Source: Acidimicrobiales bacterium
GTDB taxonomy: Bacteria > Actinomycetota > Acidimicrobiia > Acidimicrobiales > RAAP-2
Direction: 5' to 3'
DNA: 64,000 nt
Assembly (NCBI GenBank): GCA_049801955.1
Contig: JBARLO010000056.1
Coordinates: 6,307 to 70,306, forward strand
In this document: positions 26,515-34,626 of the stretch, in pieces
Layout: the number at the start of each line of letters is the position of its first letter
Position numbering within the stretch: position 1 is the stretch's first letter
Program-made: the position numbers and the translations under genes
Notes under the pieces: model-generated
What the model saw: only the letters and a program-made list of their open reading frames with translations
Told to the model about the DNA's origin: nothing
Databases searched by the model: none

Positions 26515-27897
26515 ATGGCCAATGGACGTGACGATTCGCCCGGTTCTGGTCGCCACCACTCTCGACGAGATCTCGCCAATCAGGACCGACTGCTCGCTCT
26601 GGGCGACGCCGTCGAGGGTCGAGAGGGCGTCAAGCGTCGCCACAAGTCCAAGCGTCGCGTAGGACGACGCGTCGCGATCGGCTTCGTCGTGCTCGTCGTG
26701 CTGGTTGCCGCCGTCGTGGGCGGCAGCTACCTCTACGCGAACTGGCGCTTCGACAAGATCCACAAGATCACGGTCTCGGGCGAAGTACCGCCGATCTCGG
26801 GTCAGCCCTTCAATATCTTGTTGATCGGTTCGGACTCGCGCGCGGGCCTGACCGGACTCCTCGCGCGCCAGACGGGTGCCACGAGTGACACCGTGGACGG
26901 CCAGCGCAGCGACAGCGTGAAGATCGTTCACGTCGACCCCTCAGCGGGCACGATCAACATGATCTCGATTCCCCGCGACACGATGGTCACCCTGCTCGCG
27001 AACCAGGCGCTGTACGGAAAGTTCAACCGCATCAACGTCAACTTCGGCAACGGCCCCTCACTCCTGGCTCAGACCATCACCGCGAACTTCGGCATCAAGA
27101 TCAATCAGACCGTCGTCGTGAGCTTCGCTGGCCTCATTAACGCCGCCGACGCGGTGGGCGGGGTCTACCTGTACTTTCGCTACCCGTCCTGGGACCCCTA
27201 CTCGGGACTGCGTATCCTGCACCCCGGTTGCCAGATCGTGACGGGCTTTCAAGCCCTGGCGCTGTCGCGCAGCCGCCACTTCTACTACAACGTCGATCAC
27301 GCCAAGGTCTTCCCGCCGGTCATCTGGGGCTCGACGGACTCGGGGGCCGACGATCTCTACAACGCGGGTTGGATGTACGACCCGACGAGCGACTTTGGAC
27401 GCATCGATCGACAAGACGCGTTCTTGCGCGCGTTGATTGCGCGCGCCAAGAAGCTCTACAACCCCTTCACCTTGAACTCGTTCCTCTCGAAGTTGCCCCA
27501 GGGCATTGCTTTGGACCAGAACTTTTCACTCAATGAGCTCATCGGACTCGCCGAGCGCTTCCACGGCATCAACCCCAACTCAGTCCAGACCTGGACCCTG
27601 CCGACGTACGCCGCGGACAACGCCGACTTAGGTGACGTGCTCTACGTCGATCAGCCCGCGACCCAACAGATGCTGGTCGACATCTTTGGTAACACCCTGG
27701 CGGCACCCGCCGACCCACCGCCGAATGAAGCGGGCCAGACCCCACAACCGCCGGTCGTCACGACCACCACGACGCCGTCCGCCACGACCGCAACGACGGC
27801 AAGGTCAGGTAAGCACCATTCGGTCGCCACGACCACCACGACGAACCCGACCTTGGTGTCAGTGCCGAACTACGACCCGGTGCCCTGCAACCCCTGA
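26515..27897 (+). CDS. LCP family protein (LytR-CpsA-Psr glycopolymer transferase)
   Basis: A TM anchor is followed by FNILLIGSDSRAG...QRSDSVKIVHVDPSAGTINMISIPRDTMV. The C-terminus is Thr-rich (VVTTTTTPSATTATT...ATTTTTNPT). Confidence 0.9.
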   Translation: MANGRDDSPGSGRHHSRRDLANQDRLLALGDAVEGREGVKRRHKSKRRVGRRVAIGFVVLVVLVAAVVGGSYLYANWRFDKIHKITVSGEVPPISGQPFNILLIGSDSRAGLTGLLARQTGATSDTVDGQRSDSVKIVHVDPSAGTINMISIPRDTMVTLLANQALYGKFNRINVNFGNGPSLLAQTITANFGIKINQTVVVSFAGLINAADAVGGVYLYFRYPSWDPYSGLRILHPGCQIVTGFQALALSRSRHFYYNVDHAKVFPPVIWGSTDSGADDLYNAGWMYDPTSDFGRIDRQDAFLRALIARAKKLYNPFTLNSFLSKLPQGIALDQNFSLNELIGLAERFHGINPNSVQTWTLPTYAADNADLGDVLYVDQPATQQMLVDIFGNTLAAPADPPPNEAGQTPQPPVVTTTTTPSATTATTARSGKHHSVATTTTTNPTLVSVPNYDPVPCNP

Positions 27898-27910
27898 GTC
27901 GTATCTCGAT

Positions 27911-28369
27911 TTAGGCGGAGATCTCCGAGAGCCCCTGTTGCAAGGTGTTCCAGGCCAGGGTGGCGCACTTGATGCGCACCGGGAACTTCACGACACCGGC
28001 CAGGGCAGCCAACTCACCCAGGGAGCGCAGGTTGTTCTCACTCGACTCGTCCTCGGGCGATGTGTTCGACGCGGTCATGAGTTCCTTGAACTGGGTAATC
28101 GTTGCCTGCACGTCCTCGAGGCCCTTGCCCTTGACGGCCGTGCTCATGAGCGAGGACGAGGACTGAGAGATCGAACAGCCGTGTCCGGTCAGCTTGATGT
28201 CGCGCAGCACGCCGTCCTCTACGTCTAAGTAGACGGTTACTTCATCGCCGCACAATGGATTGAAGCCCTCGACTTTGTGGGCGGGCGGGGTGGCGAGTTC
28301 GCCACGGTTGCGCGGTGAGCGGTAGTGATCGAGGATGATCTCGCGATAGAGGTCTTCGAGATTCGACAC
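27911..28369 (-). CDS. sufU: SUF system Fe-S scaffold/sulfur acceptor SufU (NifU N-terminal-like)
   Basis: LYREIILDHYRSPRNRG...NPLCGDEVTVYL...LTGHGCSISQSSSSLM...FPVRIKCATLAW contains the three conserved Cys. Confidence 0.9.
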   Translation of the reverse strand: MSNLEDLYREIILDHYRSPRNRGELATPPAHKVEGFNPLCGDEVTVYLDVEDGVLRDIKLTGHGCSISQSSSSLMSTAVKGKGLEDVQATITQFKELMTASNTSPEDESSENNLRSLGELAALAGVVKFPVRIKCATLAWNTLQQGLSEISA

Positions 28370-28372
28370 GAC

Positions 28373-29608
28373 TCAGCCAAACATCTTGAGCGCGTGCTCG
28401 AGGGCCTCGATCAGTACCGTCGTGTCGTCACTCAGTGAGTAGGGACCAAAAGAAGCTCGGGCGGTGGCCGCCAGATTGAACCGGCGCATCAGGGGCTTCG
28501 CGCAGTGGTGTCCGGGTCGCACGCAGACCCCGAACTCGTCGAGTACTTGAGCGACATCGTGCGGGTGCACGCCCTCGACGTCGAGGCTGATGACCCCGCC
28601 GCGATCGATCACGGTCGGCGGACCAATCACCCGGATCCGTTCGTCGAAGGTCGATTCAAGTCGTGCGAGCGCGTCCTCGGTGAGGGAGCGCTCGTGAGCG
28701 GCCACGTTGTCCATTCCCAGCCCCTCGAGGTAGCGCACCGCCGCGTGGAGGCCGACGGCTTCGGCAATAGGGGGAGTGCCGGCTTCGAAGCGAGCGACAC
28801 TCGTGGCCGGAGTGAACCCGTCCAGGCGAACGTCGGCGATCATGCCGCCACCGCCCAGGAATGGTCCCATCGTGTCGAGCACGCTCTCACGGGTCCACAG
28901 CACGCCGATGCCCGTTGGACCGAGCATCTTGTGCCCCGAAAAGGCGAGAAAGTCGACGTCGAGGGAATCGACATCAATGGGCCCGTGGGCGACGGACTGC
29001 GCGCCGTCCACGGCTATCAGGGCGCCGACGCCGTGGGCCGCGTTCGCGAGTTCTCGCACGTTGTTCTTGGTCCCCAGCACATTAGACATCCCGGTCACCG
29101 ACAGGAGTTTCACGCCGCGCAGGAGCTCATCGAGGTTGGTGAGATCGAGACGGTAGTCGTCGCCCACCGGGATGAAGCGAACCTCCACGCCGGTCGCTTC
29201 GCGCAATTGGAACCACGGCACGATGTTGGCGTGGTGCTCCATCTCCGTGACGAGCACCACGTCGCCCGGACCCAAGTGGGCGGTTCCCCAGACCCTGGCG
29301 ATGAGGTTGATGGACTCGGTGGTGTTCTTGGTAAAGACGATTTCGTTGGCCGGGGCGGGGGCGCCGATGAATCGTCCCACGGCCGCGCGAGAGTCTTCGT
29401 AGGCCTCAGTGGCTTCGTTGGCCGTCTGGTAGACACCGCGATGCACGTTGGCGTGTCGCAGTCGGTAGTAGGTGCTCATGGCGTCGATCACGGCGCGCGG
29501 TTGCAGCGAACTGGCCCCAGAGTCGAGGTAGGTAATGGTGCGCCCGTGTACCTGGCGCGTCAACTGGGGGATGTCGTTGCGAACGCGCCGGGCGTTAAAG
29601 CTGCTCAC
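28373..29608 (-). CDS. sufS: cysteine desulfurase SufS (class II aminotransferase V)
   Basis: YLDSGASSLQPRAVIDAM, HRGVY, PLP-lysine context FSGHKMLGPTGIGVLW, and catalytic loop RPGHHCAKPL. The ORF track starts at 29626; GTG 29608 gives a GTGA overlap with the sufC stop. Confidence 0.93.
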   Translation of the reverse strand: MSSFNARRVRNDIPQLTRQVHGRTITYLDSGASSLQPRAVIDAMSTYYRLRHANVHRGVYQTANEATEAYEDSRAAVGRFIGAPAPANEIVFTKNTTESINLIARVWGTAHLGPGDVVLVTEMEHHANIVPWFQLREATGVEVRFIPVGDDYRLDLTNLDELLRGVKLLSVTGMSNVLGTKNNVRELANAAHGVGALIAVDGAQSVAHGPIDVDSLDVDFLAFSGHKMLGPTGIGVLWTRESVLDTMGPFLGGGGMIADVRLDGFTPATSVARFEAGTPPIAEAVGLHAAVRYLEGLGMDNVAAHERSLTEDALARLESTFDERIRVIGPPTVIDRGGVISLDVEGVHPHDVAQVLDEFGVCVRPGHHCAKPLMRRFNLAATARASFGPYSLSDDTTVLIEALEHALKMFG

Positions 29609-30363
29609 GCGCTGACCGGTCGCCACGCGTCGTAGCCGTCGTGGTCGATGAGTTGGGCCAAGTCGACGTCGCCGCTGTGCACGATACGTCCGTCCACCAA
29701 AACGTGAACGACGTCGGGTCGGATCTCGTCGAGCAACTTCACGTAATGAGTCACCACGACCGCGCCCATCGTGGGGTGCTGCTCACGAACCGTGCGCACG
29801 CCACGGGCAACGACCCGCAGTGCGTCGATGTCGAGTCCCGAGTCGGTCTCGTCCAGCAGTGCGACCACCGGCTCGAGCAGGGCCATCTGGAGCACTTCGT
29901 TGCGCTTGCGCTCACCGCCCGAGAATCCCTCGTTGAGGTGTCGCTCGGCGAAGGCGCTGTCGATGCCGAGGCGGTCCATCCATTCGGCCAAGTCCAGGCG
30001 GACTTCGAGGATGCTCAACTCCTCGAGGCCCTTGCGCGCGGCAATGGCCTGGCGCAAGAACTGGACGACCGAGACACCGCCAATCGCTTCGGGGTACTGA
30101 AAAGCGAGGAATATGCCCGCGCGCGCCCGCGCGTCGGGGGTCCAAGTGGATATGTTCTCTCCGCGTAGGAGGATTTCACCGGCCGTGACGTGATATCCCG
30201 GGTGTCCCATGATGACGCTCGCGAGTGTTGACTTGCCCGCGCCGTTGGGACCCATGAGGGCGTGCACTTCGCCCTCGTTCACGACCAGGTCGACGCCGCG
30301 CAGAATGACCGAACCCTCAGCCTCGACGTGGAGATTGCGAAGTTCTAGGAGCGTTTTTGGCAC
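29605..30363 (-). CDS. sufC: Fe-S cluster assembly ATPase SufC (canonical paralogue 2)
   Basis: GPNGAGKSTL, HPGYHVTAGEI, FLAFQYPEAIGGV, NEGFSGGERKRNEVLQM, LLDETDSGLDIDAL, VVTHY. Confidence 0.95.
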   Translation of the reverse strand: MPKTLLELRNLHVEAEGSVILRGVDLVVNEGEVHALMGPNGAGKSTLASVIMGHPGYHVTAGEILLRGENISTWTPDARARAGIFLAFQYPEAIGGVSVVQFLRQAIAARKGLEELSILEVRLDLAEWMDRLGIDSAFAERHLNEGFSGGERKRNEVLQMALLEPVVALLDETDSGLDIDALRVVARGVRTVREQHPTMGAVVVTHYVKLLDEIRPDVVHVLVDGRIVHSGDVDLAQLIDHDGYDAWRPVSA

Positions 30364-30405
30364 AACGCGAAGCCTACCGGCCCACTAGGAATCACTGACA
30401 GCTAT

Positions 30406-31023
30406 CTACCAGCCCCGCTCGACCCATTCGTCCAGGTGCGCGCGCTCGGCGCCGATCGTGGAGGGCGCGCCGTGTCCGGGCCAGAACGTCACGGCGTCGT
30501 TGTACGCCCCAAATAGTCGCTCGTCGATTGACGCAATGATGCTCGAGAAGCTGCCGCCCTCGAATGTGGTGTTGCCCGGACCGCCCGGAAACAGGGTGTC
30601 ACCAGTGAAGAGAACGGGAGTGTTCTCGAGCGCGAAGCAGATGCTGCCCGGTGTGTGGCCGGGCGTGTGGATCGTGCGCAGGCGCAGCTGTCCGACTTGG
30701 TGGACGTCGTCGTCCTCCAAGAGATGGTCGTAGCCGGGCAGGAGGTGAGCGTCTTCTTGGCGCACCCACACATCGATGCCGGCTTCACGCACCGCCTCGA
30801 CCGCACCGATGTGATCCCAGTGACCGTGGGTTTCGAGGACCGACGTGACGCCCAGGTGGCGCGCCACCTCTAAGAGCCGATCGTGCTCGTTGGCGGCATC
30901 CAACAGCGCCGCCTCGCCCGTGCGCCGACACCGCACGACGTAGACATTGTTGGCGATCGGACCCACGACGAAGCGGTGAACTTCGCTCAGGGCGTCAGAC
31001 CAGACCAGTTCTACGTTGTCCAC
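30406..31023 (-). CDS. MBL-fold metallo-hydrolase (glyoxalase II-like)
   Basis: The metal motif ETHGHWDHIG, then HTPGHTPGSICF and FTGDTLFPGGPG. The ORF track runs to 31740, but that extension overlaps the divergent ACAD gene and has no homology signal. GTG 31023 chosen. Confidence 0.8.
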   Translation of the reverse strand: MDNVELVWSDALSEVHRFVVGPIANNVYVVRCRRTGEAALLDAANEHDRLLEVARHLGVTSVLETHGHWDHIGAVEAVREAGIDVWVRQEDAHLLPGYDHLLEDDDVHQVGQLRLRTIHTPGHTPGSICFALENTPVLFTGDTLFPGGPGNTTFEGGSFSSIIASIDERLFGAYNDAVTFWPGHGAPSTIGAERAHLDEWVERGW

Positions 31024-31111
31024 GGAACTCAGCCTGCCACGAATAAATGCGAGGTGGCGAGTGAGTAATCTCGATCCTGGTGCAGTGCGCCACGTACGAA
31101 GAGGGGCCGTC

Positions 31112-32227
31112 ATGAACTTTGGTTTCAGCGAAGAACAGGAAGAACTTCGCAAGATGGTGCGACGGTTCTTGGAAGAGAAGTCGCCCGAAGCCGAAGTTCG
31201 CCGTCTCATGGCCACCGAGGAGGGGTACGACCCCGCGGTGTGGGCCCAGATGGCCAACGAACTGGCCCTCCAGGGACTCGGAATTCCCGAGGAGTACGGC
31301 GGGCAGGGATTTGGTCCGGTCGAGTTGTACGTGGTCTTTGAAGAGATGGGCGCCGCCCTATTGTGCTCACCGTATTTCTCGACCGTGGCGTTGGCGGCGA
31401 ATGCTCTTTTGCTCGTGGGTGACGAGGCGGCCAAGTCCACGTACCTGCCGGGCATTGCCTCGGGCGAGACGATCGCGACGGTGGCCCTGACCGATGACGC
31501 GGGCGGATGGGACCTGTCGACCACCACGACGACGGCCGAGCGCGACGGCGACAGTTGGACGCTCTCGGGTGTGCGCAGTTTCGTGACCGACGGTTCCACG
31601 GCCAGTTTGCTCTTGGTCCCGGCCAAGAGCGACAAGGGACTGTCGCTCTTTGCGGTGGACGGAGGTGCCTCGGGCGTGGAAAAGGAGTTCCTGGCGACGA
31701 TGGACCAGACGCGCAAGCAGAGTCGCTTGGTCTTTACCAAGGCCCCGGCGACGCTGGTCGGCGACGACGGAGGCGCACTCGAGGGCCTGGAGGCGGCCGT
31801 GCAGATCGCCGAATCCGCGCTCGCGGCCGAGCAGGTGGGCGGGGCGCAACGAGTCCTCGACGCATCGGTTGACTACGCCAAGAACCGCGTGCAGTTCGGA
31901 CGGCCGATCGGCTCGTTTCAAGCGATCAAGCACAAGTGCGCCGACATGCTCCTCGACGTGGAGTCGGCGAAGTCGGCCGCCTACTACGCCGCCTGGGCGT
32001 CCCAGGAGAGAAACGATGAATTACCGATCGCGGCCAGCTTGGCCAAGTCGTTCTGTTCCGAGGCGTACTTTCACTGTGCGGCGGAGAACATTCAGATTCA
32101 CGGTGGCATCGGATTCACGTGGGAACACCCCGCGCACCTGTACTTCAAGCGCGCCAAGAGTTCAGAACTCTTCCTCGGTGACCCGACCTACCACCGCGAG
32201 CTACTGGCCCAACGCCTAGGCATTTAA
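31112..32227 (+). CDS. acyl-CoA dehydrogenase
   Basis: MNFGFSEEQEELRKMVRRFLEE is the typical ACAD N-terminus. The C-terminus reads ENIQIHGGIGFTWEHPAHLYFKRAKSSELFLG. Confidence 0.9.
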   Translation: MNFGFSEEQEELRKMVRRFLEEKSPEAEVRRLMATEEGYDPAVWAQMANELALQGLGIPEEYGGQGFGPVELYVVFEEMGAALLCSPYFSTVALAANALLLVGDEAAKSTYLPGIASGETIATVALTDDAGGWDLSTTTTTAERDGDSWTLSGVRSFVTDGSTASLLLVPAKSDKGLSLFAVDGGASGVEKEFLATMDQTRKQSRLVFTKAPATLVGDDGGALEGLEAAVQIAESALAAEQVGGAQRVLDASVDYAKNRVQFGRPIGSFQAIKHKCADMLLDVESAKSAAYYAAWASQERNDELPIAASLAKSFCSEAYFHCAAENIQIHGGIGFTWEHPAHLYFKRAKSSELFLGDPTYHRELLAQRLGI

Positions 32228-32232
32228 CTCTC

Positions 32233-32979
32233 GTGCTCGATCATGAGCAACTCACCAGCGGCACGTCGACCCTCGATCTGCGCATTTCGAACTCGAGCGC
32301 CCGACCGGTGGCGGGCCACGTTCTCGTTCTGGTGCACGGTTTGCCTCGACTCATGGGCATGGGTCGCCAAGCGGCCGGTCTCTTGCCCGAGTTGGCCGAG
32401 CACGTCGCGAATGAGTCGGGCTGGCTGGTCGCCACGGGCACGCTCTCGGGGGTGGGGGGAAGTACTGGCACCTTTTCTCCCACCAAGTGGCGAGAGGACC
32501 TGGCCACGATCATGGATCGCGTCGCCGTGGGCGAACCTCGCGTGTCCCTCGCCGGCTTCGGCTTTGGTGGGGCCCTCGCACTTGCGGTGGCGGCGGGTGA
32601 CGAGCGCGTGCGCGGAGTGGCGACCTTCGCGGCACCCGCGCACCTGGCGGCCTGGTGCCGTTCGCCCGAAGAGATTCACCGCGCGGTACAGATCTCGGGC
32701 GTGGTCGGCGACGGTAATGATCTGTTGTCGCCCTCCGACCTGTACCGCGACATTCTCGCGATTGACCCAGTGGGCGCAATAGCCCAACTGCCACCGCGTC
32801 GTCTCTTGATCGGTCACGGCACCGACGACATTGAGGTGCCCGCGTCCGACGCGCGCGACCTCGTCGCGGCGGCCGAGGGTCGAGCGGAACTGCGACTCAT
32901 TCAAGGGGCGGGTCATCAACTGCGCGCCGACCCGCGAATGGTGGCGACCCTCTTAGGTTGGCTCGACCGCCACCGCTAG
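32233..32979 (+). CDS. alpha/beta hydrolase fold protein (nucleophile elbow reads GFGFGG)
   Basis: VLVLVHGL..., LSGVGGSTG, the elbow VSLAGFGFGGALAL, acid LLIGHGTDDIEV, and His IQGAGHQL. Confidence 0.7.
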   Translation: MLDHEQLTSGTSTLDLRISNSSARPVAGHVLVLVHGLPRLMGMGRQAAGLLPELAEHVANESGWLVATGTLSGVGGSTGTFSPTKWREDLATIMDRVAVGEPRVSLAGFGFGGALALAVAAGDERVRGVATFAAPAHLAAWCRSPEEIHRAVQISGVVGDGNDLLSPSDLYRDILAIDPVGAIAQLPPRRLLIGHGTDDIEVPASDARDLVAAAEGRAELRLIQGAGHQLRADPRMVATLLGWLDRHR

Positions 32980-33603
32980 TGCGCCATCGAGCGCACGCCG
33001 TAAGGTTCGCGCCGTTGCGTGCGGGTCCGAGGACTCGGTGAGTGCTCGGACCACGACGAAGTGGCGAAGTCCCAATGCGACGAGGTCGGCGACGTTGTAT
33101 TCGTTCACCCCGCCGGTAATGAAGACCGGACGGTCGCTGCGGCGCTGACTCGTTATCGCGTACTCGAGTCCCGTCCCCTTACGACCCGGCTTGGTGGGCG
33201 TTGCCACAATCGGACCGGCGCTGAAGTAACTGGCGGGGCGGGTCAGAGCGTCGTCGAACTCTACGTCCGAGTGAGTCGACAGACCGACAATCGCCTCGTC
33301 GCCGAGCAGCTCGCGACAACGCTCGACGCTCACGTCGTCTTGACCTACGTGCACGCCGTCGGCGGCGACCTCAAGGGCGAGTTCGGGGGAGTCGTTCACG
33401 ATGAAGGGAACGTCGAACTCGCGACAGATCGGTGCCATCGCGCGTGCGGCCTCTCGCTGGGCGGTCAGACCGAGGCCCTTTTCGCGCAGTTGGACAACGT
33501 CGACGCCTCCACGCAGTACAGCCGAAAGGAAGTCGATCATGTCGTCTCGCACGCCCACGCACAGATAAAGACGCCGCGTAGAGAGGTCGAACACGCCCCT
33601 CAC
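32953..33603 (-). CDS. thiE: thiamine-phosphate synthase
   Basis: LYLCVGVRDD...GGVDVVQLREKGL...FIVNDSPELALEVAADGVHVGQDD...VGLSTH...YFSAGPIVATPTKPG...FITGGV. The start is uncertain (GTG 33603 chosen; the ORF track runs to 33822). Confidence 0.85.
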   Translation of the reverse strand: MRGVFDLSTRRLYLCVGVRDDMIDFLSAVLRGGVDVVQLREKGLGLTAQREAARAMAPICREFDVPFIVNDSPELALEVAADGVHVGQDDVSVERCRELLGDEAIVGLSTHSDVEFDDALTRPASYFSAGPIVATPTKPGRKGTGLEYAITSQRRSDRPVFITGGVNEYNVADLVALGLRHFVVVRALTESSDPHATARTLRRALDGALAVAVEPT

Positions 33604-33661
33604 TCTAGAAGTTTGGGCCCGAGGCGCCCCATTTACACAATGCGTACGGCAGAATGGAACC

Positions 33662-34120
33662 ATGCAGGTTCCCGCCAAGGCCGAATACGCGATTCGCGCA
33701 CTCCTCACCCTGGCGGCGAGTGACATCTCGGTGAGTGCCGAGCATCTGGCGCACGAACAGGACCTGCCCGCCAAGTTCCTCGGCGCGATCCTGAGCGACT
33801 TGCGCCGCGGGGGCCTTGTCACCAGTCAGCGCGGCCCCGAGGGAGGGTTCAAACTGGCTCGGGACCCCGATTCGATCTACATTGCCGACGTATTGCGTGT
33901 GGTGAGCGGTCCGATGGCGGGCGTGCGAGGGATGCGGCCCGAGACTCTCATCTACGAAGGCGAAGCCAAGCATCTGCGTGACGTGTGGGTGGCCGTACGA
34001 GGAGCGCTACGCGAAGTGCTCGAACACGTCACCCTTGGACAAGTGCTGCGCGGGGACCTGCCGCCAGCCGTGACCCGCTTTACAGAGGACCCGGACGCCT
34101 GGATCACGCGCGTCATATGA
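33662..34120 (+). CDS. Rrf2 family transcriptional regulator (contains no cysteine)
   Basis: MQVPAKAEYAIRALLTLAA...SAEHLAHEQDLPAKFLGAILSDLRRGGLVTSQRGPEGGFKLAR is the Rrf2 wHTH. The 152-aa product contains no Cys. Confidence 0.85.
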   Translation: MQVPAKAEYAIRALLTLAASDISVSAEHLAHEQDLPAKFLGAILSDLRRGGLVTSQRGPEGGFKLARDPDSIYIADVLRVVSGPMAGVRGMRPETLIYEGEAKHLRDVWVAVRGALREVLEHVTLGQVLRGDLPPAVTRFTEDPDAWITRVI

Positions 34121-34554
34121 TCCACGTCTATACCGACGGCGCCTGCCGCGGTAACCCGGGACCCGGCGGTTGGGGTTGGGCCAGTGGCTCCGACGACTAC
34201 GGCAGTGGCCCCGATGCCCATACGACGAACCAACGCATGGAGGTCATGGCGGTGATCGAGGCGCTGCGCGCGCATCCCGAGGGGCCAATCGAAATCGTGA
34301 GCGACTCCACGTACGTCGTGAAGTGCTTCCAGGATCGCTGGTATCTGGGGTGGCAACGTCGAAACTGGAAGAACACGGCCGGCAAGCCAGTTGCCAATCG
34401 CGATCTCTGGGAGACACTCATTCCCCTCGTTCTCGAAGGCGGACGACCCGTTACCTTCTCGTGGGTAAAAGGTCACTCCGGGGACCCCATGAACGAGTTC
34501 GTCGACGCCCTCGCTACTGCTGCCGCCGACTCACAGAGCGCCCGACACTCCTAG
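34117..34554 (+). CDS. rnhA: ribonuclease HI
   Basis: IHVYTDGACRGNPGPGGWG...TTNQRMEVMAVIEAL...IVSDSTYV...WVKGHSGDPMNEFVDALA carries the DEDD catalytic pattern. The start has an ATGA overlap with the Rrf2 stop. Confidence 0.9.
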   Translation: MIHVYTDGACRGNPGPGGWGWASGSDDYGSGPDAHTTNQRMEVMAVIEALRAHPEGPIEIVSDSTYVVKCFQDRWYLGWQRRNWKNTAGKPVANRDLWETLIPLVLEGGRPVTFSWVKGHSGDPMNEFVDALATAAADSQSARHS

Positions 34555-34626
34555 AGCCCCGTGAGGGGATAGGTCCACAAACATTAGGATTTTGCGTCGG
34601 GGGATACGGCTGTCCAACCGAAGGGA

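Noticed and set aside
28505-29635. 376-aa plus-strand ORF antisense to sufS
   Set aside because: It is a shadow ORF. The minus strand encodes a full-length cysteine desulfurase with its PLP-Lys and catalytic Cys motifs.
31024-31740. N-terminal 238-aa extension of the MBL-hydrolase ORF in the track
   Set aside because: The extension overlaps the divergent acyl-CoA dehydrogenase gene on the other strand and is Ser/Pro/Ala-rich with no MBL homology. The MBL domain begins just after GTG 31023.
33604-33661. Looked for a TPP riboswitch upstream of thiE
   Set aside because: The gap to the divergent Rrf2 gene is only about 58 nt, and no CTGAGA/ACCTGA THI-box elements are visible.
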